Shown: piece by piece, positions 34,967-48,481 of the stretch
Layout of the letters: every line of letters begins with the position of its first letter
Numbering within the stretch: the first letter of the stretch is position 1
NCBI GenBank assembly: GCA_040954595.2
Contig: CM082581.2
Coordinates: 11,158,286 to 11,222,285, forward strand
Length of the DNA: 64,000 nucleotides
Direction: 5' to 3'
Source: Balanoglossus misakiensis
Taxonomy: Eukaryota > Animalia > Hemichordata
Position numbers and translations under genes: made by a program
Notes under the pieces: model-generated
What the model was told of the DNA's origin: nothing
Seen by the model: the letters and a program-made list of their open reading frames with translations, nothing else
The model's database searches: none

Positions 34967-35597
34967 CTTCCTTCTCCGAGTCAAAGTGACGTGCAGTAAT
35001 TGCTCTTGGATGAAACGGTCGCGCAAAATATGAAGGAGGATAAATCGAGGCAAGGCGCAGTGAGATACGCAAGAAAACAGTCAAAAATCCTTGTTTCACC
35101 AGCTTCTACTTTCGACTAGGCATCTCGCACAAGCACCTCATGCGTAAAACGTCATCGTATTAGTCAGGGAAGTTGACTATACCATTTCTCAGCAAAGGGG
35201 TGATGGGTATCGCTGTTGCTGGACTCTTTCTTTTCAAGTCACTGGATTTTCATTAAGTGAAAAAACATTTCATAGACATTTCGCCTACTATTAATGTTTC
35301 ACTTGATCATAGTTTGACGGTTATTGATGCCATAAAAGTTCAGAGGCGATGATTTCTGAACGTCTGTACTGTTGGACTATAGTCGAACCATCACAAATCC
35401 TGCAACGTCATGAAATATTTACACATCGCGTGAAATATACACACTGATCGCGCAGCGTTCAAGCAAAGCAAAGTGCGTACGACCATTCATTGCGCAGAGG
35501 ACAAGTAAAGTGCTCGCAAGAGTAGACAAAGAGCAAAATACGCAGTTCCAAGGACTGCAAGTAACCAGCACGGCCAAATAACGGCTTTATATTTCAA
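34967..35597. promoter_or_regulatory. CpG-rich divergent promoter region for PCGF1 (-) and candidate non-coding first exon of RhoBTB (+)
   Basis: CpG-rich patch with a plus-strand donor CAA|GTAAGT at 35598. It is followed by about 13 kb of CpG-poor, intron-like DNA up to the RhoBTB acceptor at 48457. Confidence 0.5.
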
Positions 35598-36185
35598 GTA
35601 AGTATGATTTTCTTCTGAAGAATTCTCCCCAAAACGGCATTTAAAAGTTCCTATGTACGTACTGCGACATTTGTTTACATGATGGAGACACTAGACAATC
35701 CGGTGTTCGACACAGTGCGAAATAAGTTGTATCTATGGTAACAACTGATTTCACTGCTCTGACGTATATATACTACTCACGATGCGCGGTTAGAATCTTG
35801 CTGTACCAGTAGCGACGTAAATATCTCTATCAGCAACAAGAACTTCCTCCAACAGACAGTGTACCAACATCAGTCCATGGTTTATATGATGGCTTGTACA
35901 AACATCTATGTATGGTGAAAGTGTCCTTGTTTCAGTTGTCGAAATTTCAGTGACCCGCCCTTGAAAAAAAACAACAACATATGATCACGTTAAAAACTGT
36001 GACTTTTTCTGACCATTTGAATGTACAAAGGCGTGATTTTAATTATTGATCAAGTAAATTTTGATCAAGTGATGCCTACATATATATTTTAAGTGTTGCA
36101 AAGCATTACCCTTTTTGTTGCAATATCCATTATCATGTAGATCATTTATGTAAATCACTTGCGCACTCCTAATGAGCTTCGCGCT

Positions 36186-36395
36186 AATTGGTCCCCAAGG
36201 ACGAAGTCTGGGAGAGGGACTTGTAGATTGCCCCTCCGTCTGTCTGTGCACATCCATGCATGATCGTCCGTCATCCCTCCAGAGCCATTACTCAGACATG
36301 TCTGGACTGATTTCATTCATACTTGGTCAAGAACAATGTACTGTGTCTTACAGATGCACCAAATAATAAAGTTGTGATGTGATCAAGATGAAGGG
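36186..36395 (+). mobile_element. HINE/DINE-1-like (Helentron-associated) element remnant
   Basis: Typical layout: TTGGTCCCC...GGAC-GAA-GTCT...GGGACT inverted repeat, a (GTCC/GTCT)n-like microsatellite, then a CTCAG...GGACTGATTTCATTCATACTTGG core. Recognised by pattern only. Confidence 0.5.
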
Positions 36396-39300
36396 TCATA
36401 GAGGGCGCCCCATTGTCTTCAATAGAAAAATTAGAAATGACAGTTCCAAGGAACTCTAGCATGACATCATATACACTTAATATTCAGAATTATTGATTAA
36501 TAACCAGTGGAAATCCATGCAATTGATGCAGTCCAAAGAAGAATACAGTATGTGGAAATGGAATAATGAAATCTACAGTCATAAGTTGATATCATTTCCT
36601 TTGATTAACAGTTACCGGGTACAGTTATTCCTATAAAGCACAATTCATAGATGAGACAGTCTGTCTGAGGATTGTAAAAAATTTTTTTATTTGATTTGAA
36701 AAGAAACATGACTTGATCATAAGGTTATGGCTGGTGAACTGTGGTTTCTATGGAGACTAATGCTTGGAAACAGCAGCTAGCCTCATCACTTACAGAGAAG
36801 CTGAGTGAAGGCTCACAACACTGTAATCCTTTGTAATCACTTCTCCTAATACAGAGTGATGGCAATATGTATGTGTACCTTTTTGTACATACAGAGGATG
36901 TCAGTTATGCAAATGAATAAAAAAGTAGAGCAGCAGAAGAGTGAATGGCATCTATACAGATTTTCTTTTGAAAATCTGATACATAGAAACGAACAGCCAG
37001 TGGAGTTTTGACAGCCATGTACTGAATACTTCATGAGGATTTTCATGTTTACACTTGATGATGATCGTGGACAACACAGCTCACTTGGCCCAGAGAAGTG
37101 TTGGGTGAATGAGACCTTAACAAGGGAAAGTGGATGGCAATGTCGTCATAGTATCATATACTCAACTCGTAAACACTTAAATAAGCTGCAGTGACGCAGG
37201 TCTTGCTCTAAATTGCAATATATATCCTGTGTTTTCAGAAATGTCTGTGAAGAGACGCAGTAGTACAAATATCCCTGAACTGTGGATTGGAAGACCTTAG
37301 AATTTTAGCCAATTGTAAGCTAGATTATTCATATCAATCTCAGCTTTTAAACCGTAAAACTATACACAGAAAATTAACCATTAAAACAATATATATATAT
37401 ATGCGTTAAATTGATTACTGTGACATTATTATAGTAATTGATAGATGAGATAACCAAATTATTTGCTAATTGAATTTGTGTATCTTGCCAACAATCTGTT
37501 GTCTTGAAACTCAAGAAATATTTGAGCTGTTTCCAAATGAGAAGAGTGTAAATACATGACATATGCTGTGGATGCTGTGTTAGAATCCACAGCACCATTT
37601 TTTGTGGTTGAAATATAGGTTTGAAAGTAGAAGACTGAAGTATAGATGCTACTTGAAATAGCCATAAAACCTCTCACAGATAGTTGAAGGAAGTTGTGGC
37701 ATTTCAAAAGAAATTTTTATTTGGTGATAAATTGAACAGACATTCCAGCTTGGGAGTCTATGAAGTATAAATGTATTTGTAGATGCCACTGTACTACATA
37801 GTTATATCTAAAGACATACTGCTTATTTCATCCATGGAACCAATGTTGACCCTTGACCCTTTCAAGCTATCTACACATATGTGTATACCCAAGGTGCCTT
37901 TGTACATGTATACCCATGGCATCTCCCAGGTTGGTTGGCCTGAATCAGAGTTTGGTAATTTAATATTTTTCTTCGAAACAATCCATTTTTTTCACACATA
38001 ATTTTGTTTGTAATAATAATGATAAATGTCATTGACTATGCATTCTTTAAGTGGAGTCACACTTATGTACTAGTGCTATTTTGACACCCTTTTAGTGATA
38101 CATCATTGCAATCACCTAGTTAATGAGCTGTGAAAATTTTATCGTCAAAAATAGCAAAGTGAGTCTGGATGTTTTATGACTGAGAATTACTGTCACTGCC
38201 AATAGAATAGAAGCTGGTAATTGTGTTCAAAATAATAAATCATTCACTCACATTTTATACTGCTATTTATACAAAATATTAAATATTGGTAGAAACAGCA
38301 TATTACCCTGACCAGAAAAAAAATCCCAAACAAAACACATGCAATTTTGTGTCTAGTGTTACATGTACCATTGTTACATGGATCTTTTTTGTTTTGAGTG
38401 ACGCTATTTTTATCCAGAGTTGTACCCCACGGTACTGTGGCACTGGTTTTCAGGATTTAATTTCCTGTTACAAGTCCTTCGGTGATGTATGTTTCAAGGA
38501 TGAGAAGGTCAGATAACTCAACAAGAGCAATAGCTGCGAAGATAATAAGTTGCCTACGATGTTTGCAGTACGTGTGCCCTCTAACAAACATGAATTTCAA
38601 AACTTTTGTGTCAGTTTGGGTATTTCTAGAAATTTCTTTGTGTCAACCTAGCCCTATACCTTTACACATTACATAGTCTTGCATCACCTTATGCGCTTAT
38701 CTCTTCATGAACGGGAAAGAGACTGCGAGTTTTTGAAAGCAAAGAATTAAATTGCATATGCTGAACTATTTATACGCGAGAATGCTAATATTAGATGTGA
38801 TATGTTTGGACTCGTCAGTTCACAAACAATGTGAAATGTGAAAATGATACACGGGGGAAATTGATCTCTTGTCGTTTAAAATAGCTTGTGATATGCATGT
38901 TGTTTTCATCCTTGCCCCCTTCGATTAATTATACAAAGTCAGCCAGGGAATTGTTTGGCTGTTCAGGCCAGCGAGCTGCTCTTATAGATCACATAACCTT
39001 GTAAGACTGATGATACTGTAATGAATATGCTAATAAATTAAATTATTAAAAACAATTTCCTGTGTGTGGTTGTATGGTAGCCTCTGGAAATTCCAACCAG
39101 ATTGGGGTCATCTTGAGGTCAATTTAAGTTGCCTTCTAACAAACAGAAACTAAAATAGCAACCTTTTTTTATGAAGGAATTTCTTTAGGTACTTAAGGAT
39201 CATTTGAACACTTCGCTCACCATGAAATAATGACATTCCTTATCGTCACAGTGTTGTTGAGAAATATGTCATTTCCATAGCAACACTGATGGTTGTCATT

Positions 39301-42246
39301 GCCGAGATTCCGAAGACAGGTCCATTTCCAATCCAAGTGTTATCTCAGAGTGAGAGCAAGCAGGAATGCACATCTGCAGCCGATGTCATTTGAAGTTAAT
39401 GGAACTCTTCTTGATTTGTACCACAATGTGTCGAGCAGCAAATCAATAAAATTTTACTTCTTCAGTGATTAGTGATTTCGCAGTTACTACCAGACATTTA
39501 TTCCTGATGGTTTAAGTCGTAGGGGTATGGATTGTCTAACCTAGCTCATTACTACATTACCCAACCCATTTCACTGTTTCATCCTGCAACCTATATTCAA
39601 CATTAACCAATTTATCAGATGGTGGTTATAATTATGAATGATGTTCTCCAGCAGTGCCATCTTGTCCTAGGAATCCTGAAATGGAGTATCCCAACCAATG
39701 TGTGTGTTAAGGAGTAGACCTTTTGAAGGGCAAACCAATTTTCCCCCTTGTGATTTATGTGTGTTTGTCTGCTGTGAAGCACTTAAACGTCAGATGAAAT
39801 GTGAAATGGGGTAGTATTTTTATACGTCCTCTGGCACCTGCCTGTGTCATATTCCACTTCACAAGGCAAATTACAAAACCTATGGGATGCGAGTCAAATC
39901 CTTCTCTGAAATGAATTCAGCACATGTTTTTGGCATTTTAGAAATTTGAAAAATCTTTCTTACATTATATCACCAGTAATTACAGAAACACCTTAATGTC
40001 TCTTTCTGGTGAAATTGTAAAATCCTACAAAGTTGCTAAAATCCATTACATCTTGAACACGATCATCACTCATTCTGTCAAAACAAGGTTTAATTTTCTT
40101 CCTAAAACAAGAATTTTATAATTCCAAGTGAATAACAGTGAATGACTCAGTGGTGAATTTTCACAGCCACCAATCATTTATTGATTGACAAAGACTTTGA
40201 TCCTCCTTGCTGTAAAAGTGTTATACCCAGCAAAACTTAATCCATAGTTCAGATATAATATACGTGTGAGTGGTAAATTAAAGCGGATTGTGAGAGAGAT
40301 TGACAGATTTTCTGCAGCTTCATATCACTTGGGATGTGAGAGACATAAAATTGGATTAAGCTTCCACAGTGTGTGTGTGGACAGAAGGCTTTACAGTGAC
40401 ATCAAAGGATTTTCTTGGATTTTCCTGTCTATTCCAAGTAAATAGAGTAAGCAACTAAATGATGCTCAGGGCTTAAATTGTACCAGCCTTTTCTGTCACC
40501 AGAAATTTATCTGGAAAATAGATTTGGTCTGTGTTCGTACTTAGACATTAAAGCCCGTGCCTTAGCTTTGATGCTTTACTTTTTAGAACAGATCATTTCT
40601 TTTAACAAAAATGTATTTTCATAACAACAATACATGTACATGTTTTTACATCGTCTTCACCCAATCCCCACTCAGCAGGAGAAATTGAAAAAAAAAAATC
40701 AGAAAAAGAAGTGATTCAATCAATCACATCTTTTGGTCAGTACTTGCTTTCTCAACCATCAACTGCTCCAGGTAGAAATAGATGTTTATCACATTTCTGC
40801 GTGACCCCAAGTAGTCGGCACTTTAAGATGCATGGCATGTTATGGGGGATGTGTTGTTAATAAGATACAGCCTATAGCCTCAGGCAATTTTATCTGTTCT
40901 ACCTTGGGTATATCCATGTGTCCCTGTGGTGTTAGATCTTCCGTAGAAATCCTTTGGGTGGATTTTCCACTATCAAGATATTGACGGGTGAATATGCATT
41001 CTCTGCTGATCAAGCTCTTTCTCTCTCTCTGTCTCTCTCATTTTCTTTCTTGAATATTTCAAAGTTTGTTTATAAAAGCACCATGAATCAGCCAAGTAAT
41101 GTACACTCAATGAGATCCGTGTCATCAATTTGGTTGTAGGTTGCCATGGATACCATGAAGAACTAGAAATTAGATGAACACATAAGTCAAGTATCAGAAA
41201 CATCTGTTGTTTTTCCTTTGTGAATTCAAGAAGAAAACTGAAGTCAATTTGTTGGGCTACACAGTAGCTGTCTTGTGAAAGAACTTGGATGATTTATCGG
41301 AAGAAGTGAATCAGTTTCCCAATAGACAAGTTCTATACTGTGGGACGTGATATTACATGACTAGCATTTCATGACGAGCTACTGTGACCTTTAGAAAGCC
41401 TCTCCAAGATGCATTAAGTATAGACCACTTGTGTTCCGGTCCCACGACAGCAGAAAATGCCAAGTTGGTGAAGAAGACACAGATAAGATAACTTGCTATC
41501 AGCTGTTGACATTTTCTACCCAAGTTGATATTGTCAGTTTCAGGTGTGTAATTCCATAAATTTTCCGGGATAGTGGCACGGAATGTTCTCATAAGGGCTT
41601 TCACCACTCAGGAATAGATGCACAAGTGATAGTCTTCTCCTTGAGGGGCAGTGTTTCCTGCTATCTTCACCAAGTGACAGTGTTCACTGTCTAGACAACC
41701 TGTCCACTTCAAAAAACGTACATGTAGGTGGGTTGACACAGGATGTACAGTTTCGTCTTAAGTTTGTTTTTCATACACCATCCAATTTGGCCAACCTGTC
41801 TTGAAAAACTGACTGACATACGTGTGGCAACTCGTGACTGCATGCAGACAATGATAAGTGTAGGATTCGTCAATAACTTTGATATTAAAAATAAAGCTCC
41901 AAGTCTTGAAAAAACTGAGCACAGGCACACATCACATTCATAAGCCTAGAACAAAACTATTATGAATTCAAGTCTCATCTGTCTTGTTATAATACTCTCA
42001 ATGTAGGGATAATTAATGTGATGTGAGTGTTGAAAAATATGATGAACCTAGAGGGTAAAAGGCCAACAGCATGGGGCAGATTTGACTCATATTTATCATT
42101 AATAACTTAGAAAGATTGAAGAGTTGCTTATTGGTTAAATGGCAAAGTGACTTAGAGGAATAAAAATATTGCTTGATTTAAACATCAGTGTTTTTGAAAT
42201 GTTGGATAGTCCACATTAGGTCTCATGTGTGTGTGAACTTGATTTG

Positions 42247-42400
42247 AAGAAAAAAATATGTGCCTTGGTTGTCACAGTATTACATAGCAATAGAATTTTA
42301 TGATCTCGCCAGTGTAGGTCTAGACTGCTGAGATCATAAAATTCCATTGCTCAGTGATAGCGTATATGTATCCTGTAACAACTAAGGCACGTTTTTTCTT
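42247..42400. repeat. 154-bp foldback (MITE-like) inverted repeat in a RhoBTB intron
   Basis: Inner arms AGCAATAGAATTTTATGATCTC (42286-42307) and GAGATCATAAAATTCCATTGCT (42330-42351), 1 mismatch. Outer arms GTGCCTTGGTTGTCACAG / CTGTAACAACTAAGGCAC and AAGAAAAAA / TTTTTTCTT. Confidence 0.8.
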
Positions 42401-45400
42401 AGATTTTTCAGAGCGTATAGTGTTGGAAGGACATGTAGGTCAGATGAGCTAGCGTCACCTGTCTGAGTAATAAAAGTCTGGCTGAATATTGAAGAGATAT
42501 ATGACATGAGCAACTAATCCATTTTAACTTGTTTTATAATCCGATGCCATATTGTGCAACAGCTGCCAAGAGAAATGTACATTTCTGTTTCAATTTTTTT
42601 TTTATCAGATCACTATAAAAAGCATTAATGAATAAAATGATTATATTGTTTCATGCAGTAATGAATTCCACTTAAATATTTGGAATTAATTCTTGCACTA
42701 AAGAGAAGATTAATATGTTCTTGTTGGGAAAGTATTTCATTCAGGCATTGGATGGTATAGTCTCAACTGAGTTGCGGTGTGTAAATGATCAGTGATGAAA
42801 TGATCATGAAAAGCCACGTTGTTAGATAAGCCTTTTACAATATGGAATAGACTTAGTACCATACGATCTTTCACATTTGCTCTACTTCTGAGCCAACATG
42901 AATGAACGTTGGACTGAGCATTGAATACGACCGGGAGATCTTTGGAGGCCATTTCTTTTAGAGTTTCTGCTGCTACTGAATAATTGATGAGAAAACGTGT
43001 GATGGTTTTACTGCTGTCTGTAAATTCACCATCACCAGATCGTGTCCAGATGTTCAACTCACAAATGAAAGCTGAGGTTAAGCCATGTGTGAAGGTGGCA
43101 CATAAAATCACCTGTTCAGAAAATACGGTCAACATGAAATGTACATTACTCTGTAGTCACCCAATATTGACATTTCCTCAGTGCTTGACAACATATTGCA
43201 AGCTGGTCATCAAATTTGCTGTACCAAAGATGTAATCTGTGAAATTATCATACCTGCCCTATTTTTAAAGAGCATGTTATTGCATGCAGGTAACTTAAAT
43301 TTGTACATTTTGATACATGCTACACAAACATACAAATGTTGTGAAAAAAGGCAACAATGGAACTTGAGATGTTGCTAACAATGTTTGCGTCAACACCACC
43401 TGAAAAAATACTTGTACTTAATCCAAGCTCACTTTACTGGCTTTCATGTAAAGTATAATGTGCTATAATCCAGACTACATGGTATCACCATGGCAATTTT
43501 AATCTTCTGTTAGTCAGACAGTATCAAATGATATGTCTGCAGTACGTGCCCTATATATAGTTTCATGAACATTTCGATGCTCAAAGAGAAGACCAGCTTT
43601 TCATTGAGCAAGATTGCCATTTTGTCATTTTTGGGGGTCAATTATATTTCATATGCATGAAGTTTGTATTCTTTTGACTGTCATATAATACTGAATATGT
43701 GCAGATACCTGATATTAACCACCAATTCAATTCAGTATCACATATTTCAAGCACATACTCAGAAAAAACAACATATGAAACCAAAATCAATGAATATTAT
43801 GCAGAGATTTTATGTGCCCTTTGAAATATTGCTAAAATCAAATTACAGTCTTTTTATAATAAAGGAATTTCACAGTGATTAATCATTTAACAAATGTCAA
43901 CATGTCAAATTTTATGGTGTAGTTTTAAAATCTGTGCTCAATGACTGAAGTACGGATTAACTGTAGGTTGGACATCACCTGAAGACAATGGGAATACAGG
44001 GTTTAACCTTTGACCCATGAATGTAGTAGGTATGCACCGTTTCACACGTACTGTTATTTGATCATTTTGATGAGACATCATTTGAGGAGCTATTTTACAA
44101 ACGTAAGCGAGTGATTGTACTCAGGGTAAGTTTTCAACATTTTTTCTTGTGTTCAAGGATAGTTAAGTAAGGTTAAACCTGAAATGTAGAAACTTTAGAA
44201 TTATGGTCTATTGAATTCTGAATATTTCTTATATGTACTGGCCGTGCTTAGTCAGTTGATCACAAATACATTATCAGTACAGGTATCTCCCAGTGGGTTA
44301 CTGTCTATTAATTATTACCTGTACCCTGGTGCTTACTCATTCTGATGGTGTATATGTTAGTATCTGTCTAAACAAGGCATTTTAGTTCTCAGCCCTCTAT
44401 AATCACTGACTGTTAGACTTAATTAATGCTAATTGTTTAAATCTGATTGAATCTTATGATGCAACAATGATGAGGTAAATGCACAATCAAAATGAAGGTT
44501 GAATGGTAAATTGGACAGATTTTCCTTAGAGAATTTGCCACTTAACTTTACCTTGCTAATTAGAATTCATATGATGCAATCGTCCTTACACCTTTGTGCT
44601 CATCAAATGGTGTCAGATTTGGACGATCGACAACGCCATCTCCATGTAGTGTTTCTTGCAGTCTGTGTTTGATAATGATGTGTGTGTGTGGTGCTGAGAG
44701 GGCTAAATTGATGTGTGTAATTTCAAGGAGAGTGTACATGAACAATTTGTCTGCTTATCGCGACGAATAAGCTATACATCTTGCACAGAAGGACAAGACT
44801 GTCACATTATCCTTGGACTCTTTTGCAAGCCTTAGCTGAACTTTTTCTTGCGAACACCATATAAATTAAATTTCAATTATCAACTTGTGAAATATCTCCC
44901 TGCGAGGTTTCTTGTGTATTACATATTATTTTCTTTAAACTAAAGAATCCGTGTATTAACATGACTTTTCTGTCCCCTATTTGAACTTTTCTGGTTTCAA
45001 GTATCAATACAAATACAATGTACATACGTCATCATACCTGCTTCCCAGGATGCAATATTTCTCAACAGTTCCTCTATTAGTTTAGCAAGATCTACACTTG
45101 TGAAAATTCAAATACATGTACATACATGTACTGAGCGTTGTTGTACTTATATCATTACAGGTATTAAAGCCAACGTGTTTATATTTGATATCATAAATAT
45201 ATATCGATAAGCTGGTGATTTTTCAAGACAGATTGGTATTACTTGCAAGAAGAATTTGTTCAAACAGGTATGTAAATACTCACTGAGATTATCATTAGTG
45301 ACATAGCAGACCAGTGTGATGCATGGTTCTGAAAACCTTTCCATCAAATGTGCTGTGTACCATGTCCGAGGTTATCATCATATGCTGAGAAAAGGCATTT

Positions 45401-48029
45401 CTAACTGGGCCCTAGGACTTCATCCATGATAAAAAACATTCCGCGGGAATTGATCCGTGGTGTTACTTCAGTAGATGGATTGGATAAGCTGCAGCCAAAT
45501 CTGAGCAACATCCATTATGTAGACTCCTAATTGAGTATTGCCAAGTATATCCCACCTAGGGATCGAGAGAAAAATGTGTCTTTTTTTCAACTGAATCTTA
45601 TTTTCAGAGATTTGCCTCAAGAATTGAGACTGAGTAGGGATTTCCAACTGACTTACCCTAGGCAGGAGATCAGTATTCAGAAGGCTAGTGGAATAAGAAA
45701 ATGCCTATTTTGTCATGTACAATGATATATTTCAGCCATGATGTTGAATGAGCTTATAGATTGACTGATGGTTGTCGGTCTACAATTGATTTCTTCTCAG
45801 GAACCACTGGCAACTCTAAGTTGATTTTCTGTAGGAATCATAGAATCTGCTTGTTTGCTCTTTTTTTTTCATTTAAAAAATAAAAATGTCTTGGTTGAAT
45901 TTGACTTGCACAAAATTCTGAACACGGTGACCTAAAAGTGGAAACTCATTTAGCGAAACTCTACATGGCACATATAAACTCAGAGAATGCAGTTCTGACA
46001 CTATTGGATTTCAATTACTGTCAACATTGCTGTGTTTTTTTCCATCAAGACCTTTGGGCAAACTTATTAAACTGTGAACATAACAGCGTAACTCGGGTGT
46101 CCAAAGGAAAATCTCTGTATCAAGTGAGTTGAAGTGAAAAAGCAAGCTGATGTGATTCTCAATCCGATTACACAAATGACATTATGGTACGTGGATATAG
46201 GTTTGATTGAATTCACTTGGCTACTTTTCAAATTGTGAAGCAGCTAGTCGATTCAAATGTTTGAGATCAGGTTCACTCAATGATCACGATGTCATCATCA
46301 TCTCCTACATAACCACTGAAACTTTTTCATAAATATCAGGGCTACCCATGAAATTTAGCGATTATGAAGTAATCTATCCACAGTATACTACACTCTACAC
46401 CACACCACAAAAACATCGCCACACTATACCACTCTACACTATACTGTACCAGCTTCACATGAATACAAATGCAAAGTAAAGGCCAAAAATAGCACGAGCT
46501 GTTGTTGACAGCTAGCTTGGGAAAGCCAGGAAAGTTGAACATGTGGAGAATATATTAGAAATGACCCAGGGTTCATAAGCTGAAAGTTCAAATTGTGGCT
46601 TGCCCATTTTACAATTGTCGATACTGCAGGAGAGACAGATTGCTTTGGAGTATAGACATGATAGCCATTAACTGAGTGAGTATTGAAATGGCGATTTCTT
46701 ATGACGTTATCATTTGCATGTCTGGTTGATTGTTGGCCATAAAACACAGACAGTATGTATTCCTGGAAGATATAGGTTCGTTGCTGAGTAAGTTTCTTGT
46801 CTTACTGAGTGTTCAGAGAGGTCACATCTTAACATTGAGTTTCAGAGGATTGAAACTCTCAGCAAGCCTTATAATCTGCCTCTTGGGCACTGAGAGACAA
46901 AATCTCCTTCAGCCCCCCCTTTTTGCCAAGGTCTCTGTTCATCGCTGATGGCAATTTATATCTCTGGTGATGCTTAATGTCCGAACAGAGACTTCCTCTA
47001 CCCACTTGCCATTTTAACTATAATGATTTTGCAAATGTCAAATGGCTGAACACATTTTGAGAGATGGCTAGGTTTTTTGAAGTGAAACTTGGTAAATAAA
47101 AAAAGAGGCTAAAAGAGCCATGCATGGCAGACTTCTCCGTAATCACTTTACTGATACACTACTGTCCTTTGGCATGGATTTTTTGTAATGAATATTTAAT
47201 ATTGATACTAGTGCGATGGTTTCATATTGGTCTTGAGTACACCTATGTCTATGAAATGTATCAGGTATACATTCAGTAATACATGGTGTATATGAAAATT
47301 CCCAATCTGATAGTATTACCCTAAATTATAGGAATTCTGGCTCAAGTTGATAAAAAATGCTAATTGGTATTATGGATGAATATTTCACTGGAGAGATTCA
47401 GCATCAAAAGCACCGACTGTCTGATACACATTCATTAGAATCTACAGTTTCTTCTCTTCTTTGAAGTGTCATAAGCATTTCTTTCTAAATTTCTGTTATT
47501 GATTTTTTTTAAATACCTTAAATGTGTTCCTTGGGTCTAGATGTGCTTTATCTTCCGGTGTTTGGTGTTAATTTGTGACAGTAAGATAATCCAAAGTCTG
47601 TGAAAATACAGGAATAGGATTTTCAATGTTAGATACAGTATGTCATTTCCCCAGCAGACTCCCAATAATCCAAATAAAATCCAAGTTGCATTCACATTTT
47701 ATGGCAGTCTGCATTATAGACTGAAAATTGATTCTCTACAAATCACCATGTGTCTGTGACCTTTCACTCTTTCGTACTCTGCCTGTTTGCAAGGTCTTGG
47801 AAATTAATTTATCAGAGATTTGATTCACATTATAAATCTGGAATCTGTCTGTGCCAGCGTTACAAGTCAGCATAGATTGTATTAATGTTAAGGGCTATAG
47901 TGTGAGTTTGACTTTCTATGTTGTACATGGATGATTGGCCTCCTGTGAAAACATTGCAAAGCTTGCATTTTTTATTATGCCCGTTTCACAAAAGGGACAT
48001 GTTTTCATCATGAACTTGGGTGCAAGGCA

Positions 48030-48067
48030 CCATGGTTAATAGACTACTCAGTCTATAGTAACCATGG
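48030..48067. repeat. Short palindromic element
   Basis: CCATGGTTA-ATAGACT-ACTC-AGTCTAT-AG-TAACCATGG. Confidence 0.65.
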
Positions 48068-48481
48068 CATTACCTTGGCCTTTACAAGGTGATACTGAAC
48101 AACAGAACGTTTGTAAACAGATCTACTCTCAAATTGGAATCCTGATTATCAATGCACACCAGCTGCATCCAAATACAAACTTTTGAACAACAAAATCTAT
48201 GTTTCAGACTGAAATGGTTGTCAGTTAACTAAAATCTTGCATGAATAGAAATCGATCAATCATATTTTTTTGGCCTTGAATGATGTGTACCTCAAACGAC
48301 CAGAATTGGCCCGTAGAGGGAATAAACACTGGGTTCATTTCTTGATAAAAATCTGTATATCTCAAGGAGTTTTAATTTGCAACCTTCTTGACACGAGAGA
48401 GTAAAATGGCCAGAAGTTATTGGTTAATCATGGCGATATTATTTTGTGTGTCCACAGATTTCTTGCTGAGCTAATGGCGCC

